Position numbers and translations under genes: made by a program | Notes under the pieces: model-generated | Told to the model about the DNA's origin: nothing | Database searches by the model: none | What the model saw: the letters and a program-made list of their open reading frames with translations, nothing else | Assembly: GCA_046539845.1 (NCBI GenBank) | Contig: JBKHGE010000005.1 | Span: 12,937 to 76,936, forward strand | Source: Desulfonatronovibrionaceae bacterium | Lineage (GTDB): Bacteria; Desulfobacterota; Desulfovibrionia; Desulfovibrionales; Desulfonatronovibrionaceae | DNA length: 64,000 nucleotides | Direction: 5' to 3' | In this document: positions 46,533 to 54,678 of the stretch, piece after piece | Position numbering within the stretch: the first letter of the stretch is position 1 | Layout: the number at the start of each line of letters is the position of its first letter

Positions 46533-48092
46533 TCAACCCCGGCCGAAAAGCTCTCTTATGCCGGAAAAATTGCTCTCGTTAATAGTGGTCAAATCATTGC
46601 TCTCAATAAAACCCAGCCACTTATAAAGCAAATCCTCTTCCCATTGGGTCCCGGCGCCCTCCTCCATGATCAGCTTGACCTTGTCCATGGGCAGGGCCTG
46701 CCTGTAGGCCCTGTCCGAAGTCATGGCCTCAAAGGCGTCCACCACGCTTATGACCCGGGCCAGAAAAGGGATCTGTTCACCTGTAAATCCTTCCGGATAT
46801 CCCCTACCGTCGATACGTTCATGGTGATGGTAGACAATGGGCAAGATGTCCTTAAGACTCCAAACCTGAGAAAGGATATCCCGGCCAATGGCCGGATGCT
46901 TCTTCATGACTTCGAATTCCTCGTCCGTCAGCCGGCCCGGTTTGTTCAGGATATGATCCGGGACCCCGATCTTCCCAATATCGTGCAATACTCCGGCCAC
47001 ATAGATTTTTTCCAGCTCCTTGCTGGTCAACCCGACCTCCATCCCCAGCTTCAGTCCATAGGTGGCCACCCGCTCCGAGTGCCCCTTAGTATACACGTCC
47101 TTTACTTCCACGGCAGTGGCATAGGAACGAATAATATCCAAGTTCAGATCCTGCATCCGGACATACATATTCGCGTTCTGCATGGAAGTGGCCACATGGG
47201 AGGCAAAAACCGACAACAGCTGGACGTCGGAATAGACAAAAAGGCTGTTCTTTTTCTCTCGAATCAGCCCGACCGCACCTATGGACCGACCTTGGGCGAC
47301 CAAAGGGACTATAAGCAGGGAATACGGAAAATCCTCTTTCTTTACCAAATCATTTTCCGGAAAGTTGTACTGATCGACCAGTTTGGACTGCTGGCTACGC
47401 ATGGACTCTACACACAGCCTGCGAACCAAAGAAAATATTTCCTGCTTGGTCCTGAACACCACCCCCCGGATAATGGAGCTGGCCGCTTCCTTATTGTCGT
47501 CGTTCAGAAACAAACAAGAACTGTCCGGCTTAAAATTCTTCTGGATATGGCTTATGAATTCGTAGGAGATAGACTTGGGGTCCAGCTGGGCGTTGAGCGC
47601 ATTGCTCAGATTCAGCATACGCACGATATTACCCAGCCTTTTGTGCTCCATCCTGGACTTTCTGCTGCTTAAGACCTTGTTCACTTTAACCAAAAGATGG
47701 CTTATATTGAACGGCTTAGGCAGGTAGTCAGAGGCGCCCAGCTTCATGCATTCCACTGCGGTCTCTATGGTCCCAAATCCGGTCATGACCAGAAAATCCA
47801 CATCCAATTCCTGTTCCTTGACCCGCTTTAAGAGATCTATCCCGTTCATCTGGGGCATACGCAAATCAGAGACAATCAGATCGATCTCCGGATTATGGGC
47901 CAGGTATTCCAGGGCAGCCTGTCCGTCTTCGGCCAGGGACACATGGTATCCCTCGTCTTCCAGGGCGTCCTGGCAGATCTCCCGCAGGCTCTCCTCGTCG
48001 TCCACCACCAATATCGAGGCGGGCGTTTCTTGCCCGGACGTTCCCTTTTCCCCTATTTCGCCTTCAATCTTGTCTCTATCCGAAAATTGCAT
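46533..48092 (-). CDS. response regulator with central GAF-like region and HD-GYP c-di-GMP phosphodiesterase domain
   Basis: REC (ILVVDDEESL...DLIVSDLRMPQMNG...PKP). HD-GYP region: HSERVATY...VLHDIGKIGVPDHILNKPGRLTDEEF..MKKHP...HHERIDGRGYP. Confidence 0.88.
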   Translation of the reverse strand: MQFSDRDKIEGEIGEKGTSGQETPASILVVDDEESLREICQDALEDEGYHVSLAEDGQAALEYLAHNPEIDLIVSDLRMPQMNGIDLLKRVKEQELDVDFLVMTGFGTIETAVECMKLGASDYLPKPFNISHLLVKVNKVLSSRKSRMEHKRLGNIVRMLNLSNALNAQLDPKSISYEFISHIQKNFKPDSSCLFLNDDNKEAASSIIRGVVFRTKQEIFSLVRRLCVESMRSQQSKLVDQYNFPENDLVKKEDFPYSLLIVPLVAQGRSIGAVGLIREKKNSLFVYSDVQLLSVFASHVATSMQNANMYVRMQDLNLDIIRSYATAVEVKDVYTKGHSERVATYGLKLGMEVGLTSKELEKIYVAGVLHDIGKIGVPDHILNKPGRLTDEEFEVMKKHPAIGRDILSQVWSLKDILPIVYHHHERIDGRGYPEGFTGEQIPFLARVISVVDAFEAMTSDRAYRQALPMDKVKLIMEEGAGTQWEEDLLYKWLGFIESNDLTTINESNFSGIRELFGRG

Positions 48093-48288
48093 CCGACTCT
48101 TCCTTAGGGAATTCCCTGACTGATTTTAAGCCCTTTATGGGCCTACGGATTTCTTTCAAACTCGCCCTTTCGCTATACCGAGAAAAATCAGTAGCCTTGT
48201 AAACTCCCGGCAACAAGGGGCATTTCTAAGCAGAATTTTGGGTATTTCCAAACAAAAGGGCAAAATCATAGTCTGCCCGAAAAACCCC

Positions 48289-48315
48289 TTGCCCTTGGAG
48301 GCGAGATAGTATAAA
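48289..48315 (+). promoter_or_regulatory. candidate sigma-70-type promoter for tRNA-Pro (TTGCCC-N15-TATAAA)
   Basis: Hexamers read by eye, with the -10 ending 18 nt before the tRNA 5' end. The spacer is short (15 nt), so this is tentative. Confidence 0.3.
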
Positions 48316-48333
48316 TATTTGCCGTCAATCCGA

Positions 48334-48411
48334 CGGGATGTGGCTCAGTCTGGCTAGAGCGCAGCGTTCGGGACGCTGAAATCGCAGGTTCGAATCCTGC
48401 CATCCCGACCA
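48334..48411 (+). tRNA. tRNA-Pro (anticodon CGG), CCA encoded
   Basis: Manual cloverleaf: acceptor CGGGATG/CATCCCG, D arm GCTC/GAGC, anticodon arm CAGCG-TTCGGGA-CGCTG, T arm GCAGG-TTCGAAT-CCTGC, discriminator A, CCA. Confidence 0.9.
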
Positions 48412-48420
48412 GGAAATCAA

Positions 48421-48448
48421 AAGGTTGCGAAGTCTCGCAACCTTTTTT
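48421..48448 (+). terminator. rho-independent terminator after tRNA-Pro
   Basis: Perfect 10-bp stem AAGGTTGCGA-AGTC-TCGCAACCTT followed by TTTTGT. Confidence 0.75.
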
Positions 48449-48671
48449 GTTTCCGGATACCACTGACAAACTTCCTTCCTTAGTACCTTCAATGCCCAGA
48501 CCAGCATCCTCCAGCAACTCCGCCCCCGATTTTTAAATTGCCTCCCGCGCTAATTATCTATCTGATAACTAAAATGATCGGTGTTGAAAAGAAAAAAATC
48601 AACCCCAAAGGGACTTCGCTGAGACAAGAAGCCACGCCTCTGCCTTACGCCCCGGAAATACTCCGGCCGGA

Positions 48672-50009
48672 CTAATATACGGGTCGTCTGCCGATGCAGA
48701 AATAGGCAAAACCCTTTACCGCCATCTCCTCCGGCGGATAAAGATTGCGGCCGTCGAAAACAATCGGGGCCTGAAGTCTCTTTTTGATCCAATCAAAATC
48801 CGGGTTGCGGAACTGGTTCCATTCCGTAAGCACAGCCAAGGCGTCCGCCCCATCCAAGGCCTCGTATTGCTCCTTTACGATGCTTACTCCTTCACATCCG
48901 GCAAAGCGTTCCCTGGCCTTGGACCCGGCAACAGGATCAAAGGCCCGGATATGCATGCCCCGGGAAATCAACTCCTGGATTATCTTAACCGATGGGGATT
49001 CCCGCAGGTCATCGGTATTCGCCTTGAAGGCCAGGCCCCAAACAGCCAAGATCTTGCCCCGCACACCTCCCTGGTTCTGAAAATAATCCACGATCTTGTT
49101 TGCCAGGACTTTTTTCTGGGCCTCATTCACCCGGTCCACTGACTCCAAAAGCTCCGCAGGATGACCGTATTCCCTGGCCGTTCCGATCAAGGCCTTGACA
49201 TCTTTGGGGAAACAAGACCCTCCGTAGCCGATACCCGGATAAATGAAATGATACCCAATTCTGTGGTCCGCACCAACACCCTGGCGGACATCGCGGACAT
49301 CCGCGCCCACGCTTTCGCAAAGATTAGCAATCTCGTTGATAAAGGAGATCTTGGTGGCCAGCATACAATTGGCCGCATATTTGGTCATTTCTGCGCTGCG
49401 CACGGACATGATCATGAGCTTGTCCCTGCTGCGGGCGAACGGGGCATAAAGGGTACGGAGAAGCTCCGCGGTCCGGACATTGTCCGTGCCCACCACCACC
49501 CGGTCCGGCTTCATGAAGTCGGTCACTGCATCGCCCTCTTTTAAAAACTCCGGGTTGGAAACCACGTCGAATTCCTGGCTAACCCCCCTCTTGTCCAGCT
49601 CGGCCGCCACTATCTCCCGGACCTGGTCCGCAGTGCCCACAGGCACAGTCGATTTGTCCACCAATATCTTGTACTCCCCCATGGTCCGGCCCACTTCCCG
49701 GGCCACCTGGTGGACATAGGACAGATCAGCGCTCCCGTCCTCCAGGGAAGGAGTGCCCACGCAGATAAAGACAAACAGTCCGTTTTTCAGCCCCTTGCTC
49801 AAGTCCGTGGTAAAATTGAGTCTGCCCTGGGCGCTGTTGCGGACCACCAACTCCTTCAACCCAGGTTCATAGATATGCACTTCGCCGCTTTTGAGCTTGT
49901 TTACCACTTCCGGATTGACATCAACGCAGCAGACATTATTACCCATTTCCGCAAAACAGGCGGCAGTGACCAATCCTACATAACCGGAGCCAACTATACA
50001 GACATCCAT
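48672..50009 (-). CDS. ugd: UDP-glucose 6-dehydrogenase
   Basis: MDVCIVGSGYVGLVTAACFAEMG NAD-binding N-terminus, catalytic Cys region GGSCFPKD, 445 aa. Confidence 0.92.
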   Translation of the reverse strand: MDVCIVGSGYVGLVTAACFAEMGNNVCCVDVNPEVVNKLKSGEVHIYEPGLKELVVRNSAQGRLNFTTDLSKGLKNGLFVFICVGTPSLEDGSADLSYVHQVAREVGRTMGEYKILVDKSTVPVGTADQVREIVAAELDKRGVSQEFDVVSNPEFLKEGDAVTDFMKPDRVVVGTDNVRTAELLRTLYAPFARSRDKLMIMSVRSAEMTKYAANCMLATKISFINEIANLCESVGADVRDVRQGVGADHRIGYHFIYPGIGYGGSCFPKDVKALIGTAREYGHPAELLESVDRVNEAQKKVLANKIVDYFQNQGGVRGKILAVWGLAFKANTDDLRESPSVKIIQELISRGMHIRAFDPVAGSKARERFAGCEGVSIVKEQYEALDGADALAVLTEWNQFRNPDFDWIKKRLQAPIVFDGRNLYPPEEMAVKGFAYFCIGRRPVY

Positions 50010-50044
50010 TAATGATCTCCATTTTGTTTTCGGTTCTTCCCAGC

Positions 50045-50067
50045 AAAAATAAGGGCCACGGCCCTTA
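50045..50067 (-). terminator. intrinsic-terminator-like hairpin in the ugd 5' leader (minus strand TAAGGGCC-GT-GGCCCTTA + TTTTTG)
   Basis: Perfect 8-bp inverted repeat plus a T5 run on the same strand as ugd. It ends about 35-40 nt upstream of the ugd ATG (50009), and no annotated minus-strand gene lies upstream of it. Confidence 0.5.
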
Positions 50068-50362
50068 CTGAGTGTTGAAAAATTCCTTGTAGCTCAGGCC
50101 GGTTGAAAACCCCAAGTTACGGGGCGCAAAAGTTCAAGACCCAAAACTACTTACCTGCAGGCAAGGGATTAGACTCATTTCCCCTTGGGGACCATAAAAT
50201 AAGCGCCCAGCTAAACAGACTCTAAGATCCATGGACTACGCCAACGAACGGGTCCCCCTGCGGACAACCAAACAGGTACTTACTTATCCCTTGAAGACGC
50301 TGGCAAGCAAGTGACTATACATAATTCCTTTAAATGGCAATAGAAACGGCGTCTTCCCGGTC

Positions 50363-50389
50363 TTGACCGGGGAAGGCAAACAATATAAG
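50363..50389 (+). promoter_or_regulatory. candidate promoter for tRNA-Arg (TTGACC-N15-TATAAG)
   Basis: Same architecture as the tRNA-Pro candidate. The -10 ends 12 nt before the tRNA 5' end. Confidence 0.3.
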
Positions 50390-50401
50390 AGAACACCAAA
50401 A

Positions 50402-50478
50402 GCGCCCGTAGCTCAGTAGGACAGAGCAGGAGCCTTCTAAGCTCTTGGCCGGGGGTTCGAATCCTCCCGGGCGCGCCA
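50402..50478 (+). tRNA. tRNA-Arg (anticodon TCT), CCA encoded
   Basis: Manual cloverleaf: acceptor GCGCCCG/CGGGCGC, D arm GCTC/GAGC, anticodon arm GGAGC-CTTCTAA-GCTCT, T arm GGGGG-TTCGAAT-CCTCC, discriminator G, CCA. Confidence 0.9.
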
Positions 50479-50500
50479 GATAACAGGAGCCTAAAAAAAA

Positions 50501-51367
50501 ATGTTATATAAAACTCTGCTGGCAGTTTTGGGCAGCATATTTTTTCTTTGCCTGGACGTTAAAAGCGCTTTGGCCTGGGGGCCAGGAGTCCATCTGCACA
50601 CCGCCAACTACATCCTGTCCAACCTACACCTTATAGCCCCGGCTGTGGCCGGGATAATCTCCGCCTATCCGACTTCCTTCAAATACGGTTGCCTGAGCGC
50701 GGACATTTATATGGGAAAAGGCAAGAAACTGCACTCCAGACACTGCCACAATTGGGGCACCGGCTTCGGTCTTTTGGACAGCAGCCGGGACCCGGAAATA
50801 AAGGCCTATGCCTTCGGATACTTGAGCCACCTGGCCGCGGATACCATTGCACACAATTACTTTGTCCCGGACACGTTGCGCGTGTTTCCGGGCAGTGGGA
50901 AAATGAGCCATCTCTATGTTGAAATGCAGGCGGACCGGATTATCGCCGGGACCAGTTCCCAGGCCCGAGACATAATGGGGAAGAAGAACTCCCAGGCGGA
51001 CCGTATACTGCGCTTGGCCCTGCGCAAACCAAAGCTCAGGTTTGCGCTCAAAAAGCAGCTCTACAGGCAGGGAATCAACTTCTCCCGGCTTCACAGCTGG
51101 GAAATATCCCTGCGTATCCTGGACCGGGCTCTGCCCTGGGGAGAATCCGGCTATCTGCGGCACATGGTCGGATTGAGCCAGAGCACGGTGGCCAATTTCC
51201 TGCAGAACCCTGATCACGCCGCCTGTCTGGACCTAGATCCCATGGGCTTTGCCAACCTACAGGTGGTAAAAGACATGAAGCGGAACCCGCCCTGTGCGGA
51301 CCGAGACCCTGCGACCCCTTTTTATCCTGATCCCCGCCTGAAAGAACTTTCAATCTCCACCAACTGA
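50501..51367 (+). CDS. zinc-dependent phospholipase C family protein (secreted)
   Basis: Signal peptide then AWGPGVHLHTANYIL and H-rich motifs (SRHCHNWG, YLSHLAADTIAHNY). Family recalled from the W-x-x-x-H N-terminal zinc ligand pattern. Confidence 0.65.
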   Translation: MLYKTLLAVLGSIFFLCLDVKSALAWGPGVHLHTANYILSNLHLIAPAVAGIISAYPTSFKYGCLSADIYMGKGKKLHSRHCHNWGTGFGLLDSSRDPEIKAYAFGYLSHLAADTIAHNYFVPDTLRVFPGSGKMSHLYVEMQADRIIAGTSSQARDIMGKKNSQADRILRLALRKPKLRFALKKQLYRQGINFSRLHSWEISLRILDRALPWGESGYLRHMVGLSQSTVANFLQNPDHAACLDLDPMGFANLQVVKDMKRNPPCADRDPATPFYPDPRLKELSISTN

Positions 51368-51377
51368 ACCGATTATT

Positions 51378-52013
51378 ATGTCCGGGGCACAAACCTCTTG
51401 CCGGTGCTGTGGGACCTGCTGCAGGAAAGGCGGGCCGGTCCTGCACAAGTTAGACCTGCCCCTTATCCAAAGCGGGTACATCAAACGCAGCAATATCGTC
51501 TTGCTCCGTCCGGGCGAGCCGGTCAATGACAATATCACCGGAAAAATAAAATTCTTATCTGTGGAAATGTTCAAGCTGCGGGGCAAATCAGAGAGCAACT
51601 GGACCTGCACATTCTTGGACCCGGAGACGAATCTGTGCCGCATCTACTCCCGCCGCCCCAGGGAGTGCAGGCTGCTCAAGTGCTGGGACACAAAAGAGAT
51701 CGAGGCAGAATACGGAAAAAACCTTTTGTCCCTTAAGGATATCCTGACCGAGGATTCCGGGATGAGAGAGCTGGTGGACTTTCACCGCAGCCAGTGCCCA
51801 CTGGGAAAGGCAATAGACCTTGTCAAACGGGCCACGGACAAAACACCCGGCGACAGACAGGCGCTGCATGACCTGATCGCTTTTGACAAAAGATTCCGGG
51901 AACAATTCGCTTTAAGGACCGCAGGCGGGCTTGAGGTAACGGATTTTTATTTTGGCCGTCCCCTGGAAAAAATCATCCCTCAACTTCGGCGCTCTCTGCA
52001 GCTTTTGGCCTAA
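51378..52013 (+). CDS. YkgJ-family cysteine-cluster protein (UPF0153)
   Basis: N-terminal CRCCGTCC (CxxCxxCC) and downstream C..L......CRIY..RP..CR motif. Confidence 0.75.
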   Translation: MSGAQTSCRCCGTCCRKGGPVLHKLDLPLIQSGYIKRSNIVLLRPGEPVNDNITGKIKFLSVEMFKLRGKSESNWTCTFLDPETNLCRIYSRRPRECRLLKCWDTKEIEAEYGKNLLSLKDILTEDSGMRELVDFHRSQCPLGKAIDLVKRATDKTPGDRQALHDLIAFDKRFREQFALRTAGGLEVTDFYFGRPLEKIIPQLRRSLQLLA

Positions 52014-52042
52014 GCCCGGCTTTGCGTATAAGCCGGAAGATC

Positions 52043-52069
52043 AAAAAAAAGCGGGCCCCAAGGCCCGCT
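52043..52069 (-). terminator. rho-independent terminator of the por-like operon
   Basis: AGCGGGCC-CCAA-GGCCCGCT perfect 8-bp stem. On the minus strand it is followed by T8 (A8 at 52043..52050 on plus). Confidence 0.65.
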
Positions 52070-52086
52070 TGTGCGGTTTCCCAATC

Positions 52087-52105
52087 AACGGGAAGCCGTT
52101 TTTTT
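52087..52105 (+). terminator. short terminator hairpin for the plus-strand ykgJ-like gene
   Basis: AACGG-GAAG-CCGTT followed by T5. It lies beyond the minus-strand terminator, so the convergent transcripts would overlap by about 60 nt. Confidence 0.45.
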
Positions 52106-52114
52106 ATGTCGGAT

Positions 52115-53059
52115 CTATTTTTCTCCGGCCAGTCTTTTCAAACGTTCATATTCCTTGTGCAGCCTGGACTGGATAAAATCCACGTCCTCGTCAGTTAAAT
52201 GCCGAAAGCGGCGCTGTTTTTGGAAGTACTCCTTGACCGGCTTTAATTCCTTTATCTTCTTGGTGATGTTGAACTCGCCGTCTACCACTTCATATAGAGG
52301 AAAGACCCCGGTCTGGACCGCGAGCTTGGCCAAGGTGATACTCTCGTTGGGTTTGCTTCTCCAGCCCGTGGGGCAGGGGGAGAATATCTGCATATAGGCG
52401 GGCCCGTCCACTGCCAGGCCCTTGCGCACCTTGTTCATAAGATCCAGATAATAGGCCGGACTGGCCGTGGCCACATACGGGATCTCGTGTGCAGCGGCTA
52501 TCATGGCCACGTTTTTCTTCCAGGTCCTCTGGCCCTTGCTGGACTTGCCCGGAGGAGAGGTGGTGGTCATGGCCCCGTATGGGGTAGAGCTGGACCTCTG
52601 GATTCCGGTGTTCATATAGGCCTCATTGTCCAAACAGACGTAGAGCAAATTATGCCCCCGCTCCAGGGCCCCGGACAGGGACTGCAGACCGATGTCCGCC
52701 GTGCCGCCGTCTCCGGCAAAGGCGATGATGTTCGGCTTTTTGGTCAACAGCCTGCCCTTTTTATACAAGGTCTGCACAGCAGCCTCTATTCCGGAGGCAA
52801 CAGCGGCAGCATTCTCAAAGGCCACGTGGATCCAGGGAATCTTCCAAGCGGTCTGGGGAAAAGGGGAGGTCACGATCTCCATACAGCCGGTGGCATTGGC
52901 CACTATCGTGTTCGGTCCGGCGGCCTTGGTAACCATGCCCATGGCCAGTATTTCCCCGCACCCCTGACAGGCCCGATGGCCCGAGGTAATCATTGACTCC
53001 TGCGGGATGGTCTTGGCAGTTATCTTTTCATAGTCTATGGCCTGTGCGTTATCCTGCAT
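52115..53059 (-). CDS. porB: 2-oxoacid:ferredoxin oxidoreductase beta subunit (TPP-binding; POR/VOR type)
   Basis: SGHRACQGCGE near the N-terminus and the TPP motif GDGGTADIGLQSLSGALERGHN...DNEAYMNTG. ATG 53059 is preferred (11-nt overlap with the alpha gene). The track ORF runs to 53170. Confidence 0.85.
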   Translation of the reverse strand: MQDNAQAIDYEKITAKTIPQESMITSGHRACQGCGEILAMGMVTKAAGPNTIVANATGCMEIVTSPFPQTAWKIPWIHVAFENAAAVASGIEAAVQTLYKKGRLLTKKPNIIAFAGDGGTADIGLQSLSGALERGHNLLYVCLDNEAYMNTGIQRSSSTPYGAMTTTSPPGKSSKGQRTWKKNVAMIAAAHEIPYVATASPAYYLDLMNKVRKGLAVDGPAYMQIFSPCPTGWRSKPNESITLAKLAVQTGVFPLYEVVDGEFNITKKIKELKPVKEYFQKQRRFRHLTDEDVDFIQSRLHKEYERLKRLAGEK

Positions 53060-54224
53060 TGCTGCGTACCCCCCAAATTGTATACCCTTTATCCAGTTCT
53101 CCGGCCGCGGCCTTTTCGTAAATGGCTTTGAACTCCCGAACCGGGACATCCCGGCCTCCAACACCGACAATCACATTGCGGACCTCCGGGCCTTCGGTTC
53201 TGCCGTACAAAAGACTTTTTATCTCCTGGGCCACCGGACCACTATTGCTGCCCGGGCTGAGGGCCCGATCCAGGACTACCAGGGTTTTCACGCCTTTTAT
53301 CGCCTGCAAAAACTCTTCCTCAGGAAACGGCCTCCAAAGCCGGAGGCGGATCTGCCGGACCGCTTTGCCCTCCTGATTGAGTGCATCCACGGCTGTCATC
53401 AGGGTCTCGCCGAGGGATCCCATGCTGACAAAGGCAATCCCGGCCCCCTGACTGCCGTTTTCCTCCACCAAACGATACCTGCGTCCGGTCAGATCCGCCC
53501 ATTTGTCCAGGGTCTGGATGACCACTGCCTTGGAATTTATAAGGGCCTGTTCACACTGTTTCTTGGCCTCCATGTATATCTCCGGGACCCCGACCGCGCC
53601 CATGGTCACCGGATGGGCCGGGTCAAGACGCTGCTGCGGCTCATATGCAGGCAAAAATTCATCCACTGTTTTTTGATCCGGGATCTGCACGGCCTCAATC
53701 ATATGACTCAAGGTAAAGCCATCCATGTTCACTCCCACCGGCAAAAGGACCCGGCTGTCCTCGGCAATCCTGAACGCGGCCACAGTTAAATCAAATGCCT
53801 CCTGACCGTTTTCCACGAACAGTTGCACCCAGCCCACATCCTTTTCCGACATTATATCACTGTGGTCGTTCCAGATGGATATCGGCCCGGACAAAGCCCT
53901 GTTAGCGATGGTCATAACCATGGGAGTCCGCAGACTGGAGGCAATAAACAGGATCTCATGCATAAGGGCCAGACCCTGAGCAGAGGTAGCTGTGTACACC
54001 CTGGCCCCGGTCGCAGAGGAACCTACTGCCGCACTCATGGCCGAGTGTTCGGACTCCACCGGGATAAAGGCGGCATCAAGTTCGTCATTGGCCACATATT
54101 CAGATATTTCCTCCACGATATGCGTCTGCGGGGTTATAGGATAGGCGGATACCACATCCACCTTGGCCATCTTCACGGCCTCGGCTACAGCCAATGAGAC
54201 CTCGGTTCCAATCCTTTTGGACAT
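53049..54224 (-). CDS. porA: 2-oxoacid:ferredoxin oxidoreductase alpha subunit
   Basis: From ATG 54224: MSKRIGTEVSLAVAEAVKMAKVDVVSAYPITPQTHIVE, the typical PorA N-terminus. TGATG overlap with the delta gene. Confidence 0.85.
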   Translation of the reverse strand: MSKRIGTEVSLAVAEAVKMAKVDVVSAYPITPQTHIVEEISEYVANDELDAAFIPVESEHSAMSAAVGSSATGARVYTATSAQGLALMHEILFIASSLRTPMVMTIANRALSGPISIWNDHSDIMSEKDVGWVQLFVENGQEAFDLTVAAFRIAEDSRVLLPVGVNMDGFTLSHMIEAVQIPDQKTVDEFLPAYEPQQRLDPAHPVTMGAVGVPEIYMEAKKQCEQALINSKAVVIQTLDKWADLTGRRYRLVEENGSQGAGIAFVSMGSLGETLMTAVDALNQEGKAVRQIRLRLWRPFPEEEFLQAIKGVKTLVVLDRALSPGSNSGPVAQEIKSLLYGRTEGPEVRNVIVGVGGRDVPVREFKAIYEKAAAGELDKGYTIWGVRSNAG

Positions 54225-54526
54225 CAATCCTCCTCCCTGTGCATGCTTATCGCCTCCTTGGGGCATTCATGGGCACAAATTCCGCACCCCTTGCAATAAT
54301 AAGGATCGGTCCGGAAAAACCCCTCACTGTCCTCGCTTATGCAGAATTCCGGGCAGTATAAGGCACAGATCCCGCATTTAACGCATTTTTCTTCGTCTAA
54401 AACCGGAATCTCGGAGCGCCAGTCGCCGGTCTTCAGCTCGGCAGCGTTTCCCGAGGTGGTGATCGCCGCTCCCAGATTCAAGTCTTCCCAAGCAGGAAAC
54501 TCTTCAGTCCCCATAGGTCCTCCCAA
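54224..54526 (-). CDS. porD: 2-oxoacid:ferredoxin oxidoreductase delta subunit (2x[4Fe-4S])
   Basis: CVKCGICALYCPE and CKGCGICAHECPK in a 100-aa protein directly upstream of alpha. Confidence 0.8.
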   Translation of the reverse strand: MGGPMGTEEFPAWEDLNLGAAITTSGNAAELKTGDWRSEIPVLDEEKCVKCGICALYCPEFCISEDSEGFFRTDPYYCKGCGICAHECPKEAISMHREED

Positions 54527-54678
54527 CGTGTTTTAGCATCCGGTTTGTCCGGTCGGGCAGCAGGAATCACTGCCGCGACCTTTGAAACATCAGACAATAT
54601 CCAATCGGTCATTTAGAAGCAAACACCGGTTAAATGCAAGCTAATTTTCGGTCAAAGGCGGATAAGATAGACAAAAGG

